Notes: generated by a model not told the origin, from the letters alone. A stretch of DNA of 64,000 nucleotides from an uncultured Anaerolineales bacterium (GCA_964474695.1 CAYYTK010000002.1:235898-299897); one strand, 5' to 3'; counted from the first letter of the stretch, positions 8,360 to 18,211 are shown. A program made the numbers and translations.

Positions 8360-9118
8360 CTAAATATCTCTCGCTTCGTATAGAATCAGCGCCGCGGCTA
8401 CGACCCCGGCAGTTTCGGCCCGCAGGATGCGCGGCCCGAGCGTCACCGGCTGAATGCCATACCGTTGCGCCAGGTCGATCTCTTCGTCAGTGAAGCCGCC
8501 TTCCGGACCGACGAATAATTCGATGCGCGCACCCTGGCCCAGGTTACAGCCGGCCAGCGCGTCCCGCAGCCGCCGCGACTGCTCCCCCTCCCAGGGGATG
8601 ATCCGCAAAGAGGACGGTCCGGCCGCCGCTGCTTTCGCGCTCGAATGGACGGCCTGCGTCAATAACTGTGCGGGCAGCAGCCTGGGCAGCCGCGCTCGCC
8701 CGCTCTGTTCGGCCGCCTCCTGAATGATGCGCTCCCACCGCTCACGCTTGTCTTCCACAGCATCCAGGTCATCGACCACGTTGCGCTCGCACACGATCGG
8801 CACAAAGGCGCTGACCCCGACTTCGGTGCCTTTCTGCAGCGCCCACCCGAAACGATCGCCTTTCAGCACCGCCTGGTGCAGGGTGATATGGGCGGCCGGC
8901 TCACCCTCCGCTTCCCAGCGCCGCACGATCTGAAACTTCGCGTCCGCCTCGCCCAGAGCGACCAGCATCGCCTCACAGGCCCAGCCCTGGCCGTCGAGCA
9001 GCGTCACCCGATCGCCCAGGCGCAGCCGCAACACCCGGCGCACCTGGTGGGCCTGCTCGCCGCTCAGGACAACGGGGTGTACGGCTAGAGCTTCGGGAGC
9101 AACAAAAAAGCGGTGCAT
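8360..9118 (-). CDS. rsmE: 16S rRNA (uracil1498-N3)-methyltransferase
   Basis: MHRFFV...GEQAHQVRRVLRLRLGD N-terminus and the C-terminal ...VGPEGGFTDEEI...LGPRILRAETA are RsmE signatures. Confidence 0.85.
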   Translation of the reverse strand: MHRFFVAPEALAVHPVVLSGEQAHQVRRVLRLRLGDRVTLLDGQGWACEAMLVALGEADAKFQIVRRWEAEGEPAAHITLHQAVLKGDRFGWALQKGTEVGVSAFVPIVCERNVVDDLDAVEDKRERWERIIQEAAEQSGRARLPRLLPAQLLTQAVHSSAKAAAAGPSSLRIIPWEGEQSRRLRDALAGCNLGQGARIELFVGPEGGFTDEEIDLAQRYGIQPVTLGPRILRAETAGVVAAALILYEARDI

Positions 9119-9128
9119 TGCACACCCA

Positions 9129-9893
9129 TCACAGCGTCAGACACGCCTCGGCGGCCAGCCAGAACAGATTCCTACGCACATCGGCGCGGCTGAGCCATTC
9201 GCGCGAATCCCATTCGGCGCCGCTGACATCATCGCCGCCATAGAGGATTTGTGCGAACGGCACGCCGCGAAACTGCGCGACCGCGAAGAACGCCGCGGCT
9301 TCCATTTCGACTGTCAGACAACCCTCTGCCTTGCGCCGCTGCACCTTGGCGGTTGTTTCACGATAGATGGCATCGGTTGTCCAGGTCTTGCCTTTCACGT
9401 AGGGCACGCCGTGGCCCGCTAACGTCCGCTCGATCGCCGCAATGCCATCAGCGTTGGCCGCAACTTCGCGGGCCGGGGGCAGGTAATGGTAGGAGGCGCC
9501 TTCATCGCGCACCGCTGCGGTAGGGATGACGAGGTGGCCCACCGCGATCTCTTTGTTCAGCACCCCTGCGCCGCCACAGGCAATGAACTTCCGGCAGCCG
9601 CGGGCAATCACCTCTTCCAGCAGGCCGGCAGCCAAAGGAGCGCCGACGCCGGGGTGGAAGAACGCCAATCGCCGGCCTTCCAGCGTGATCTCATACAATG
9701 GGTGCTTGCTCAGCTCGCTGCTTTGCATCGCGATGCACCGGGCTTCGTGCTCTGTCACGACCTGCTCGATGACGTCCTGAAAGAAGCAGACCACACAATG
9801 CTCAGGCGCGTCGATGGGCTTGACGAGTCGCCCCGGCTCGATGATCGCCTCGCGGGCCGGGTCGAATTCGAGGATGGGGTAGAGCTGGTTCAC
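9129..9893 (-). CDS. Nucleoside phosphorylase (PNP/UDP family)
   Basis: ...CGGAGVL...VRDEGASYHY...LTVEMEAAAFFAVAQ is the PNP_UDP-type motif pattern. Confidence 0.7.
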   Translation of the reverse strand: MNQLYPILEFDPAREAIIEPGRLVKPIDAPEHCVVCFFQDVIEQVVTEHEARCIAMQSSELSKHPLYEITLEGRRLAFFHPGVGAPLAAGLLEEVIARGCRKFIACGGAGVLNKEIAVGHLVIPTAAVRDEGASYHYLPPAREVAANADGIAAIERTLAGHGVPYVKGKTWTTDAIYRETTAKVQRRKAEGCLTVEMEAAAFFAVAQFRGVPFAQILYGGDDVSGAEWDSREWLSRADVRRNLFWLAAEACLTL

Positions 9894-10909
9894 GCCGCCG
9901 CCTCTTGCGCCGCCGCTTGCGCCGCCACCAGGGACACCCAGTCACCCTGGCCCAGGCGGCTGACAACCGCCAACCGGCGCCGCGCCAGCGCCTCCCTCAC
10001 GTCCGGCTCGCGCTCTTCGATGATGCCGGCCAAAATCATGCGGCCCCCGGGAGCCAGGTAGGTGTGCAGGCCGGCATCCAGCAGGGCGGTGATGACATGC
10101 GGCAGGATGTTGACCAGGATGATGTCCCAGGCAGGCCGATCATCCTCGCGGCTCACGGCGAAAAGCGGCTGCCCACCGGCGCGCGATCCGTCCGCGTCAT
10201 CCGCGCTCGTCCGCGTCCAGCTTTCATCCGGCCCTGCACTGACAACGACGTGAATCGGCACAGGCAAGTCGTTCAGCGCCGCGTTCTCCTGCGTCGCGGT
10301 CACCGCGATGGGGTCGATATCGAACGCGTCCACGCTGGCCGCGCCGAGCCGGGCTGCGGCAATGCTGAGGATGCCTGAGCCGCAGCCCGCGTCCAGGACG
10401 CGCTGGCCCGGCCGCGCGACGTCTTCCATAGCCATCAGGCAGAGCTGCGTGCTGGGATGCAGGCCGGTGCCGAACGCCATGCCGGGATCGAGAATGATCG
10501 GCACGTCATCGGGGCCCACTTGAACCGCGTCACGCTCCCAGGCCGGTACGATCCAGAAGCGCCGGCCGACGCGCAGCGGCCGATAGCTGGCCTTCCACGC
10601 GTTCGCCCAATCCTCCTCAGCCAGCGGCCGCACGACGACATCGCCCAACGGATAGATGCGGCCAAGATACCACAGCCCTTCCTCGATCTGGCGCCTGCGC
10701 TCTTGCGCCTCTGGCTCGCCCGCGGGCAGATAGGTTTTCACCACGACGAACTGGTGATGCTCGTCGCCCACCGGATCGAACCCGCCGACCTCGGTTACTG
10801 CACCGCCCTGGCCGTCAGGCCGGCTGTTGAGGCGGTTGAACAACTCACTGACCGCTTCGGCCGCTTCGCCGTCTGCCTGAACGCTGATTTCAATCCAATT
10901 CATCATCAC
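9890..10909 (-). CDS. prmA: Ribosomal protein L11 methyltransferase (with an internal insertion carrying a dispersed repeat)
   Basis: [20 protein letters not shown]...[18 protein letters not shown]...[15 protein letters not shown]. The conserved dnaJ-prmA-rsmE neighbourhood supports the call. Confidence 0.85.
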   Translation of the reverse strand: MMMNWIEISVQADGEAAEAVSELFNRLNSRPDGQGGAVTEVGGFDPVGDEHHQFVVVKTYLPAGEPEAQERRRQIEEGLWYLGRIYPLGDVVVRPLAEEDWANAWKASYRPLRVGRRFWIVPAWERDAVQVGPDDVPIILDPGMAFGTGLHPSTQLCLMAMEDVARPGQRVLDAGCGSGILSIAAARLGAASVDAFDIDPIAVTATQENAALNDLPVPIHVVVSAGPDESWTRTSADDADGSRAGGQPLFAVSREDDRPAWDIILVNILPHVITALLDAGLHTYLAPGGRMILAGIIEEREPDVREALARRRLAVVSRLGQGDWVSLVAAQAAAQEAAA

Positions 10910-12045
10910 CCCAGCGCGTTGCCAACCGCGTCCATCAGCTTCTCGAACAGGTTCCGATTATCTTTGCCCAGCGACTCCAATCCCAGCGATTCGCCCAGTT
11001 CTTTCAACGCCCTGCGCTGTTTTTCGTTCAGCTTTTCGGGCACCACCACGCGCACAGAGACAAGCTGATCCCCGCGGCGGCTGCTGCGCAGGATCGGCAC
11101 CCCCTTGCCACGCAGGCGGAAGACCGCCCCATGTTGCGTGCCCGCCGGAATGGTGAGCTTGCTGGGACCATCCATTGTAGGAACTTCAACCTCGGCGCCC
11201 AACGCGGCCTGCACGATGTTCACAGGCAGCTCCAGCAGAATGTCATTGTCCTGGCGTTGGAACACCTTGTGCGGCTGCACGCGCAGCACCACAAACAAAC
11301 TGCCCGGTGGCCCCCCGCGCTCGCCTGGCTCCCCTTCGCCGGCCAGACGGATGCGCATGCCATCGTCCACGCCGGCCGGGATGCTCACCGCCATCTTGCG
11401 GGTGACCCGGACGCGCTTCTGGCCGCGACAATGGGTGCAGGGGGTAGTCGCAATCTCACGCTCCCCGTTACAGCGCGGGCAGGTGGTCACACTCACAAAC
11501 TGGCCCAGGATCGTCTGCTGGGCGCGGCGCACTTCGCCGGTGCCGTTGCATTGAGGGCACCGGATCGGTTTGGTGCCCGGTTCGGCGCCGGAACCCTGGC
11601 ACTGCGGGCATATTTCCTGGCGCGGCACCTCGATCTCTTTCTCGGCGCCGAAGACGGCTTCCTGGAAGGTGATCTCCATGTCATAGCGCAGGTCATTGCC
11701 GCGCGCCGGACCACGCTGCGCCGTTTGCGCCCCGCCGAAGCCGCCAAAGAACTCCTCGAAGATATCGCCGAAGCCGCCCGGGAAGCCGCCAAACCCCGAC
11801 CCCGCGCCGCCGCCGAAACCGCCCTGCGCCGCCGCGTGTCCGAATCGATCGTAGGCCGCCCGTTTATCGGCATCGCTGAGGACCTCGTACGCTTCGTTGA
11901 TCTCCTTGAAGCGATCTTCGGCATCCTCGGACTTATTCACGTCGGGGTGATATTGGCGCGCCAGTTTGCGATAGGCGCCCTTGATCGCGTTCTCGTCCGC
12001 ATCGCGCGGCACCCCAAGAACCTCGTAGTAATCGCGTTTACTCAT
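10906..12045 (-). CDS. dnaJ: Molecular chaperone DnaJ
   Basis: J-domain [12 protein letters not shown]...YHPDVNK, a G/F-rich region, and four CxxCxGxG zinc-finger repeats. Confidence 0.95.
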   Translation of the reverse strand: MSKRDYYEVLGVPRDADENAIKGAYRKLARQYHPDVNKSEDAEDRFKEINEAYEVLSDADKRAAYDRFGHAAAQGGFGGGAGSGFGGFPGGFGDIFEEFFGGFGGAQTAQRGPARGNDLRYDMEITFQEAVFGAEKEIEVPRQEICPQCQGSGAEPGTKPIRCPQCNGTGEVRRAQQTILGQFVSVTTCPRCNGEREIATTPCTHCRGQKRVRVTRKMAVSIPAGVDDGMRIRLAGEGEPGERGGPPGSLFVVLRVQPHKVFQRQDNDILLELPVNIVQAALGAEVEVPTMDGPSKLTIPAGTQHGAVFRLRGKGVPILRSSRRGDQLVSVRVVVPEKLNEKQRRALKELGESLGLESLGKDNRNLFEKLMDAVGNALG

Positions 12046-12083
12046 TAATCATTACTCGTTGCGAAAATCCTGCCAGACTGTCC

Positions 12084-12182
12084 GTATTGCGTATTGCGTG
12101 CTACGTATTGCGAATTGTGCGAAAAGTACAAGAAGTACGCAGTACGTAGTACGCAGTACGCAGTACGCAGTACGTAGTACGC
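12084..12182. repeat. Two inverted arrays of heptamer repeats (GCGTATT-like x4, 22-nt spacer, AGTACGY x7)
   Basis: Read directly: gtattgc gtattgc gtgctac gtattgc (12084-12111), then agtacgc/agtacgt x7 (12134-12182). The reverse complement of AGTACGC (GCGTACT) matches GCGTATT at 6 of 7 positions. Confidence 0.7.
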
Positions 12183-12188
12183 AATATG

Positions 12189-12428
12189 TTATTCTTCGTT
12201 CTTCGTCGTCACCGCTGGCTCGTCGTCCTCATCCCCGTCTTCCCAACTGATGATCCACACGCAGAGACCGGCCAGCGCTACGGTCGCCGCAATCAGCGCG
12301 GCCCACTGCCCGGCCTGAAAGCCAACGTGACGTGCGGCAAAAACAACGATGATGACCATCCCGACCGCCAGAACAAACCAGGAGACCAGGTTAGGATGAC
12401 TGTTCCATAATGTGCGTAATTGTTTCAT
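12189..12428 (-). CDS. Small hypothetical membrane protein (2 predicted TM helices, acidic tail)
   Basis: 79 aa with two hydrophobic stretches. GGAGGGG RBS lies about 8 nt upstream of the ATG. No family recognised. Confidence 0.45.
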   Translation of the reverse strand: MKQLRTLWNSHPNLVSWFVLAVGMVIIVVFAARHVGFQAGQWAALIAATVALAGLCVWIISWEDGDEDDEPAVTTKNEE

Positions 12429-12463
12429 ATTCCCCTCCGATCGGACCGCTCCTCACGCACCTC

Positions 12464-12506
12464 GTTTCACAAACCGGGTTTCTCGGAGAAACCCGGTTTG
12501 TGAAAC
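12464..12506. repeat. Double-palindrome repeat, variant copy 2 (perfect 21-bp arms)
   Basis: gtttcacaaaccgggtttctc-g-gagaaacccggtttgtgaaac. Lies downstream of the coaE-GNAT stop. Confidence 0.7.
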
Positions 12507-12531
12507 GATCCGTGATTCCTTCAATCGATGT

Positions 12532-13626
12532 TCACACCAGAAACAACTCGTACAACAACTCGTCCACATACCGGCCATCGACGAACGCCTGGTGCACCAG
12601 GCGGCCGCAAGGCTGGAAGCCCAACGCGCAGTAGAATCTCTGCGCCTCGGGATTATCATCCCGCACCGTGATAACAAGTTTGCTGAATCCTGCGGCGCGT
12701 GCAGCGTCCCACGTGAACGCGCTCAACGCGCGACCGATGCCGCGACCGCGGACCGGCGCAACGATGTAAGAACCCAGGGTGGCCACGTGATCCATGGTCG
12801 GCGCGTAAGCAGCATACGGCTCCACCACCTGGAAACCGGCCACCACCCGGCCCAGCAGTGCGATGCTCAGGAACGAGCGGCGCGGCATGCCGCGCAGATA
12901 CGCTCGCTCTTGTGCGGGGGTGAACGTGCGCCCCGCGATGGTGCGCCCACCCTCCAACACGACGCTGTTGAGCACCGCAGCCGTGCCCTCTGCATCGGCC
13001 AGGGTCGCGAAACGAATGACCGGCGCGGGCAGCGGCAGACCCAGCTCAACCCATGCGGCCAACACCATCTGCGCGGTTTCAGCCGTGGCGCCGTCCGTGC
13101 GGATGACGCGCTGCGCCTGGGCTATCATCCGGGCGGGAGGCATCTGGTTCGCCATGCGCCGCCGCACTTCCTCGGCGCTCATGCCGCGGCTCTTCTTCAG
13201 CCGGGAAAACTGAAGCCGTGGGCTGCAGTGCGCAACCCACACCTGGTCACACTGTTGCCGGTTGATCCCGGACTCAAGCAGCTTGATAGCTTCGATCACC
13301 ACCGCCGGCGCAGATGACGCAGCAATCTGCCGGGCGATGACTTCGCCCACAATCGGGTGCACGATGGCTTCCAACCGGGCCAACGCGTCGGCATCGGCAA
13401 AGACGCGCTCGGCCAGCCGCGCCCGGTCGATGGCGCCATCCGGCCCCAGGATTTCAGTGCCGAGTGAAGCCAGCACCGGGCCAAAGGCCGGGCCCCCAGG
13501 AGACATCGCCTCCCGCGCCACGAGGTCCGCGTCGATCCCCTCAGCGCCCAGCGAAGTCAGCACATTGCGTATGTGGCTTTTGCCGGCGCCGATGCCGCCG
13601 GTCAAGCCGATGACCAGAGGTTTCAT
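12532..13626 (-). CDS. coaE: Dephospho-CoA kinase fused to a C-terminal GNAT acetyltransferase domain
   Basis: The N-terminus VIGLTGGIGAGKSH (P-loop) is CoaE-like. The C-terminus ...VAPVRGRGIGRALS...NPEAQRFYCALGF is a GNAT motif. The start at 13626 forms an ATGA overlap with the ABC-F stop. Confidence 0.8.
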   Translation of the reverse strand: MKPLVIGLTGGIGAGKSHIRNVLTSLGAEGIDADLVAREAMSPGGPAFGPVLASLGTEILGPDGAIDRARLAERVFADADALARLEAIVHPIVGEVIARQIAASSAPAVVIEAIKLLESGINRQQCDQVWVAHCSPRLQFSRLKKSRGMSAEEVRRRMANQMPPARMIAQAQRVIRTDGATAETAQMVLAAWVELGLPLPAPVIRFATLADAEGTAAVLNSVVLEGGRTIAGRTFTPAQERAYLRGMPRRSFLSIALLGRVVAGFQVVEPYAAYAPTMDHVATLGSYIVAPVRGRGIGRALSAFTWDAARAAGFSKLVITVRDDNPEAQRFYCALGFQPCGRLVHQAFVDGRYVDELLYELFLV

Positions 13627-15533
13627 ACGAAGTCCGTCCACTCCACCATGAGCTTGTGCAGCTCCGTCTCCACCGCCTGATATGCCGTACCCAAACGGTG
13701 CACCCTGCCGACATCGCCGGCCAGGCTGGCGACCTCAAGCTGATGACTCAGCTCGGCAAGTTGTGCCTCCAGCTCATGAATGCGCCCTTCCAGGGCGGCG
13801 GCCACTTCGGCGCGCTTTTCGGCAGCCTTGCGCTGGCGCCGCTCTTCGCGCGTACGTTCTCGGTCATACTCCGTTGGGCCGGTTTCCTCAGCCACCGCCT
13901 CGATCTTCGCCTGATCCTCGGTCTCAATGGCCCGTTGGCGCAGGTACTCGTCGTAGTTGCCCTTATAGACGCGCAGCTCGTCACCGTCCACCCGCCAGAT
14001 GTGGGTCGCCAACGCTTGCACAATCCAGCGATCGTGCGTCACCAGCAGCACGGTGCCTGGGAAGCTGCGCAGCACCTGCTCCAGGATTTCCTGGGTGTCC
14101 AGGTCGAGGTGATTGGTCGGCTCATCCAGCAGCAGGAAATTGGCCCCTTGCAGGGTGAGCCGCGCCAGCGCGACCCGGCTGCGCTGACCGCCCGAAAGGG
14201 TGCCAATCGTGCGAAACACGTCATCGCCCGCGAACAGGAATTGACCCAGGAAGTTCCGCGCCTGGCCGAGCGGCAAGTTCTGCACATCCAGGATCGCATC
14301 CAACACCGTCTCTTCGGGGTCAAGCCCGGCCTGGGCCTGCGCCAGATAGCCGGCCTGCACGCTGGCGCCGTAACGCACCCGCCCACGCAGCGGCGGCACC
14401 TGGTCCAAAACGGTCTTCAGCAGCGTCGTTTTGCCTGCGCCGTTCGGGCCGATCAACGCCACCCGATCGCCGCGCCGGATCTCGGTATCGGGACAGAAGA
14501 ACAACGGCCGGGTGTAGCCCACCGCCAAATCCTTGGTGGCCAACACCAGGTCGCCGGATCGAATCTGTGTCGTCAATCCCAGGCGGACCTGTCTCTGATC
14601 TTGCGGCCGATCGATAGCCTCATCGCGAAGGAAGCGTTCCAGGCGCGTACGCCGGCCCTGGGCCTCGCGGGTGCGCTGTCCGGCCAGGTTGCGGCGGATG
14701 AAGTCCTCGGTCTTCTCGATGAATTCCTGTTGCGACTCCCATTCCCGACGCTGGCGCTCGATGCGCATTTCCCTCTGGGTGCGATAGGCCGAATAGTTCC
14801 CGCGATAGGTTTCCACGCGGCCGAAGTTCATGTCCCAGATGCGGTTCGCCACTTTGTCCAGGAAGTAGCGGTCATGCGCCACGACGATCAACGCGCCGTT
14901 CCAGCGCAGCAAGACCTCTTCCAGCCATTCCACCGCCTCCAGATCGAGATGGTTGGTCGGCTCGTCCAAAAGAAGCAAATCCGGCTCGCGCAGCAATAAC
15001 TGGGCCAAAAGCGCGCGCGTACGCTCCCCTCCGCTCAGGTGAGCCAGCGGCTTCGCGTGTTCATCCTCATTGAACCCCAGGCCGCCCAACACCTGGCGAA
15101 TGCGCAATTCGTAATCGTAACCGCCCGCAACCTCAAATGCGGTCTGAGCCCGGCCATAGGCTTGCAGCAACTCGTCGTAGTTATCGCCTGCCGCAGCGGC
15201 GGCCGCAGCCAGTTGATGCTCCAGGTCGGATAGCGCCGCAGCCTGGCCCCGCAGATCAGCAAAGACCTCAAGCATCGACTGGTACAGCGAGCTGTCGCCG
15301 GCCGGCGGCGGATCCTGGGGCAGATACCCTACGGTCAGGCCGCGCTTGCGCGCGACATCGCCCGCAGTGGCTGCCTCCGCCTCAGCCATGATGCGCAGCA
15401 GGGTGGTCTTGCCCGCGCCGTTCGCGCCGACGAAACCGATGCGGTCGCCCGCCTCCACGCGAACATCAACGCCGGAGAAGACATCCAATGCGCCGTAGGC
15501 TTTGGCCAGGCCGGTTGCTACTAAAAGAGACAT
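13623..15533 (-). CDS. ABC-F family ATPase (two ABC domains, coiled-coil C-terminus)
   Basis: Two Walker A sites (GANGAGKTT, GPNGAGKTT), two LSGG signatures, and no TM domain. 636 aa. Confidence 0.9.
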   Translation of the reverse strand: MSLLVATGLAKAYGALDVFSGVDVRVEAGDRIGFVGANGAGKTTLLRIMAEAEAATAGDVARKRGLTVGYLPQDPPPAGDSSLYQSMLEVFADLRGQAAALSDLEHQLAAAAAAAGDNYDELLQAYGRAQTAFEVAGGYDYELRIRQVLGGLGFNEDEHAKPLAHLSGGERTRALLAQLLLREPDLLLLDEPTNHLDLEAVEWLEEVLLRWNGALIVVAHDRYFLDKVANRIWDMNFGRVETYRGNYSAYRTQREMRIERQRREWESQQEFIEKTEDFIRRNLAGQRTREAQGRRTRLERFLRDEAIDRPQDQRQVRLGLTTQIRSGDLVLATKDLAVGYTRPLFFCPDTEIRRGDRVALIGPNGAGKTTLLKTVLDQVPPLRGRVRYGASVQAGYLAQAQAGLDPEETVLDAILDVQNLPLGQARNFLGQFLFAGDDVFRTIGTLSGGQRSRVALARLTLQGANFLLLDEPTNHLDLDTQEILEQVLRSFPGTVLLVTHDRWIVQALATHIWRVDGDELRVYKGNYDEYLRQRAIETEDQAKIEAVAEETGPTEYDRERTREERRQRKAAEKRAEVAAALEGRIHELEAQLAELSHQLEVASLAGDVGRVHRLGTAYQAVETELHKLMVEWTDFV

Positions 15534-15620
15534 GTGATCTGAATCCTGAGCACCGAATTATACCACCGAGCCGAGCCAAACACGAATTCCGGCGATGTTC
15601 CGGCAAAAGGACACAAAGAA

Positions 15621-15671
15621 GGGCGTGCCGATGTGGTCGATGATCTAATCATCGATTGCATTGGCACGCCC
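15621..15671 (-). terminator. Rho-independent terminator candidate downstream of cydB
   Basis: GGGCGTGCC...GGCACGCCC outer stem with inner TCGATGAT/ATCATCGA pairing. On the minus strand it is followed by UUCUUUGUGU. Confidence 0.6.
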
Positions 15672-15706
15672 CCTGGACAGATGTTTCCCGGTGGTCGTTT
15701 TGCCTA

Positions 15707-16711
15707 TCAGTACTTCAGCGCGCTCTTCCCGCTGACCCGCGCGCGGAACACCCAGTAGTTCCACGCCTGGTAGATCAGCACGATGGGCACGAAGATCAAC
15801 GCGACGATGCTCATCACTTTCAGAGTGTACGGCGTCGAAGCCGCGTTCGTCACCGTCAGGCTCCACTCCGGGTTCAGGCTGGAAACCATGACCCGGGGAA
15901 AGAGGCCGGTGAAAATGGTGATAACGGTCAGCGCAATGGTCAGGCCGGTCATCACAAACGCCCATCCGGACCTCTTCTGCCGCAGCAGCAAGCCTGCAGC
16001 CAGCAGCGCCAGGCAGGCCAGGACGGCGCCGATCAAGGGGATGCTGCTAACGATGATGCGCGCAAAGTAGCTGGCTGCCGCCGTAGCAACGCCGAGGATC
16101 AACGCCACCGGCCACAGCCGGGCGGCCAGCGCCTCAACCCGTTGGTGCAGCTCACCCTCAGTGCGCAGACTCAGGAAGGTCGCACCGTGCAGTGTGAAGA
16201 GAGCCAGGCCGGTCAGGCCCCCCAGAAGCGCATAGGGGTTCAGCAGATTGAAGAAGCCGCCGACATACTCCTTGTTGGCATCGATCGGCACACCGCGGAT
16301 GATGTTCGCCAGGGCTACGCCCCAGAGGAGCGCGGGCACAAAGCTGCCGAAGAAGATGCACCAATCCCAAAGGGTGCGCCAGCGCGGGTTCTTGTCTTTG
16401 CTGCGGAACTCAAAGGCCACGGCGCGCAGGATAAGCGCCACCAACATGAGGAACAACGCCAGGTAGAAGCCGCTGAACAGCGTCGCATACCAGTTCGGAA
16501 ACGCCGCGAACATCGCGCCGCCGGCGGTCAGCAGCCAGACCTCGTTCGCATCCCACACCGGACCAATGGTATTGAGGATCACCCGGCGCTCCTCATCCTT
16601 CTTGCCCAGAAACGGCATGAGGATGCCGACGCCATAATCAAACCCTTCCAGGAAAAAGAACCCGGTGAACAGGACACCGACCAGGATGAACCAGAGGGTG
16701 CTGAGATTCAT
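15707..16711 (-). CDS. cydB: Cytochrome bd ubiquinol oxidase subunit II
   Basis: MNLSTLWFILVGVLFTGFFFLEGFDYGVG...GPVWDANEVWL are CydB signatures. Confidence 0.9.
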   Translation of the reverse strand: MNLSTLWFILVGVLFTGFFFLEGFDYGVGILMPFLGKKDEERRVILNTIGPVWDANEVWLLTAGGAMFAAFPNWYATLFSGFYLALFLMLVALILRAVAFEFRSKDKNPRWRTLWDWCIFFGSFVPALLWGVALANIIRGVPIDANKEYVGGFFNLLNPYALLGGLTGLALFTLHGATFLSLRTEGELHQRVEALAARLWPVALILGVATAAASYFARIIVSSIPLIGAVLACLALLAAGLLLRQKRSGWAFVMTGLTIALTVITIFTGLFPRVMVSSLNPEWSLTVTNAASTPYTLKVMSIVALIFVPIVLIYQAWNYWVFRARVSGKSALKY

Positions 16712-16756
16712 AGATTGCCTCCGTCAATGGTAGACAAGGAAAGTATGGCGCCCGGC

Positions 16757-18211
16757 TTACGCGTACGCTGGGACGACATCTGCGGCGACTTCGGCCGAGT
16801 CCGCCTTGGCATACTTGGCCAGCAAATACACATCGGCGACCATCAACACAGCATAGAGCAGCGTGAAGCCAAGGAGCGAGGCCAGCACCATCCCGGCCGG
16901 GACATTCGGCGAGACGGCATCTTGGGTTTTCAACACCCCGAAGACGATCCAGGGCTGCCGGCCCATCTCGGTCAAGATCCAGCCGGCGCTGTTGGCCAGG
17001 TAAGGCAGTGCGATCGCGAACGGCAGCGCCCGTAACAGCCAGGCCGGGAGCTTTGCGTTCTTCCGCAGCTTCAGATAGAGCGCCAACGCCGCCAACAGCA
17101 CCATCAAGGTGCCCGCGCCCACCATCGCCCGGAAGGCCCAGAAGAGCACAGTCACAGGAGGCATATAGTTCCCTGGGCCGTATTGCGCCTCATATTTGGC
17201 CTGGAGATCGTTGAGACCCTCGACCGCACAATCCGTGCGATTACAGGAAAGGATGCTCAAAGCATACGGGATACGGAACGCGAAGAGATTCTTGCGGTTC
17301 GCCTCGTCGGTGATGGAAATAAGCGACAACGCAGCCGGTTTCTCGGTATCCCACAGCGCCTCGGCCGCGGCCATCTTCATCGGCTGTGTTCTGACCATGT
17401 GTTGTCCCTGGGCATGGCCGATGCCGCCCACCATCACCGCGCCGATCAGAGCGGCCATAGCCGCCAGTCGGAACGAGCGCTGGAAGAACGCGGCCTCGGT
17501 CTCCCCTTTGAGAACAGGCTCAGCCTTTTGCTTATTGGCGCCGCGCTTGGCCGTTGGCGCCTTGGCGGGGGCCGCCACCGGCTTGTTCCGCTCCCGCAGC
17601 AGGCGGAAGGCGCTGATGCCGAGCATGAAGAAACCGGCCGTCGTCAAGCCGGAGAAGAAGACGTGCGGCCATTGCAGCCAGACGTGAGGATTCGTCACCA
17701 ATGCCCCGAAATCGGTCATCTCAGCGCGCCCGTTGCGCAGCACGTAGCCGACCGGCTCCTGCATGAACGAGTTGGCGATTAAGATCCATAGCGCAGACAG
17801 GTTCGAGCCGATAGCCACCAACCAGATCGTCGCCAGGTGCACCTTCTTGGAAAGCTTTTCCCAACCGAAGATCCAGACGCCGAGGAAAGTGGATTCCATG
17901 AAGAAGGCCAACAGCGCCTCGATCGCGAGGGGGGCGCCAAAGATATCACCCACAAAGCGGGAGTAGTTCGACCAGTTCATGCCGAACTGGAACTCCTGGA
18001 CGATGCCGGTAGCGACGCCCATGGCAAAATTGATCAGGAACAGCTTACCCCAGAACTTCGTCATGCGCTTCCAGTCCTCGTTGCCGGTGCGGACGTACAT
18101 CGTCTCCATGATGGCAACCAGGACGGCCAGTCCCAACGTCAAGGGCACGAAGAAAAAGTGGTAGACCGTGGTGATGGCAAATTGCCAACGGGCAAGGATG
18201 AGTGGATCCAT
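16757..18211 (-). CDS. cydA: Cytochrome bd ubiquinol oxidase subunit I
   Basis: LARWQFAITTVYHFFFVPLTLG...GWILTEMGRQPW are CydA signatures. Confidence 0.9.
   Translation of the reverse strand: MDPLILARWQFAITTVYHFFFVPLTLGLAVLVAIMETMYVRTGNEDWKRMTKFWGKLFLINFAMGVATGIVQEFQFGMNWSNYSRFVGDIFGAPLAIEALLAFFMESTFLGVWIFGWEKLSKKVHLATIWLVAIGSNLSALWILIANSFMQEPVGYVLRNGRAEMTDFGALVTNPHVWLQWPHVFFSGLTTAGFFMLGISAFRLLRERNKPVAAPAKAPTAKRGANKQKAEPVLKGETEAAFFQRSFRLAAMAALIGAVMVGGIGHAQGQHMVRTQPMKMAAAEALWDTEKPAALSLISITDEANRKNLFAFRIPYALSILSCNRTDCAVEGLNDLQAKYEAQYGPGNYMPPVTVLFWAFRAMVGAGTLMVLLAALALYLKLRKNAKLPAWLLRALPFAIALPYLANSAGWILTEMGRQPWIVFGVLKTQDAVSPNVPAGMVLASLLGFTLLYAVLMVADVYLLAKYAKADSAEVAADVVPAYA

Noticed and set aside
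12084-12182. Possible CRISPR array
   Set aside because: The units are contiguous 7-bp repeats with no spacers, and no cas genes are present. It is a microsatellite-like array, not CRISPR.
12046-12188. CIRCE (TTAGCACTC-N9-GAGTGCTAA) or HAIR heat-shock operator upstream of dnaJ
   Set aside because: I could find neither consensus in the interval. Only the heptamer arrays are present.
15656-17035. 459-codon plus-strand ORF
   Set aside because: It is entirely antisense to cydB/cydA, which have clear family signatures. The translation is Arg/Gln/His/Pro-rich low complexity, typical of shadow ORFs in GC-rich DNA.
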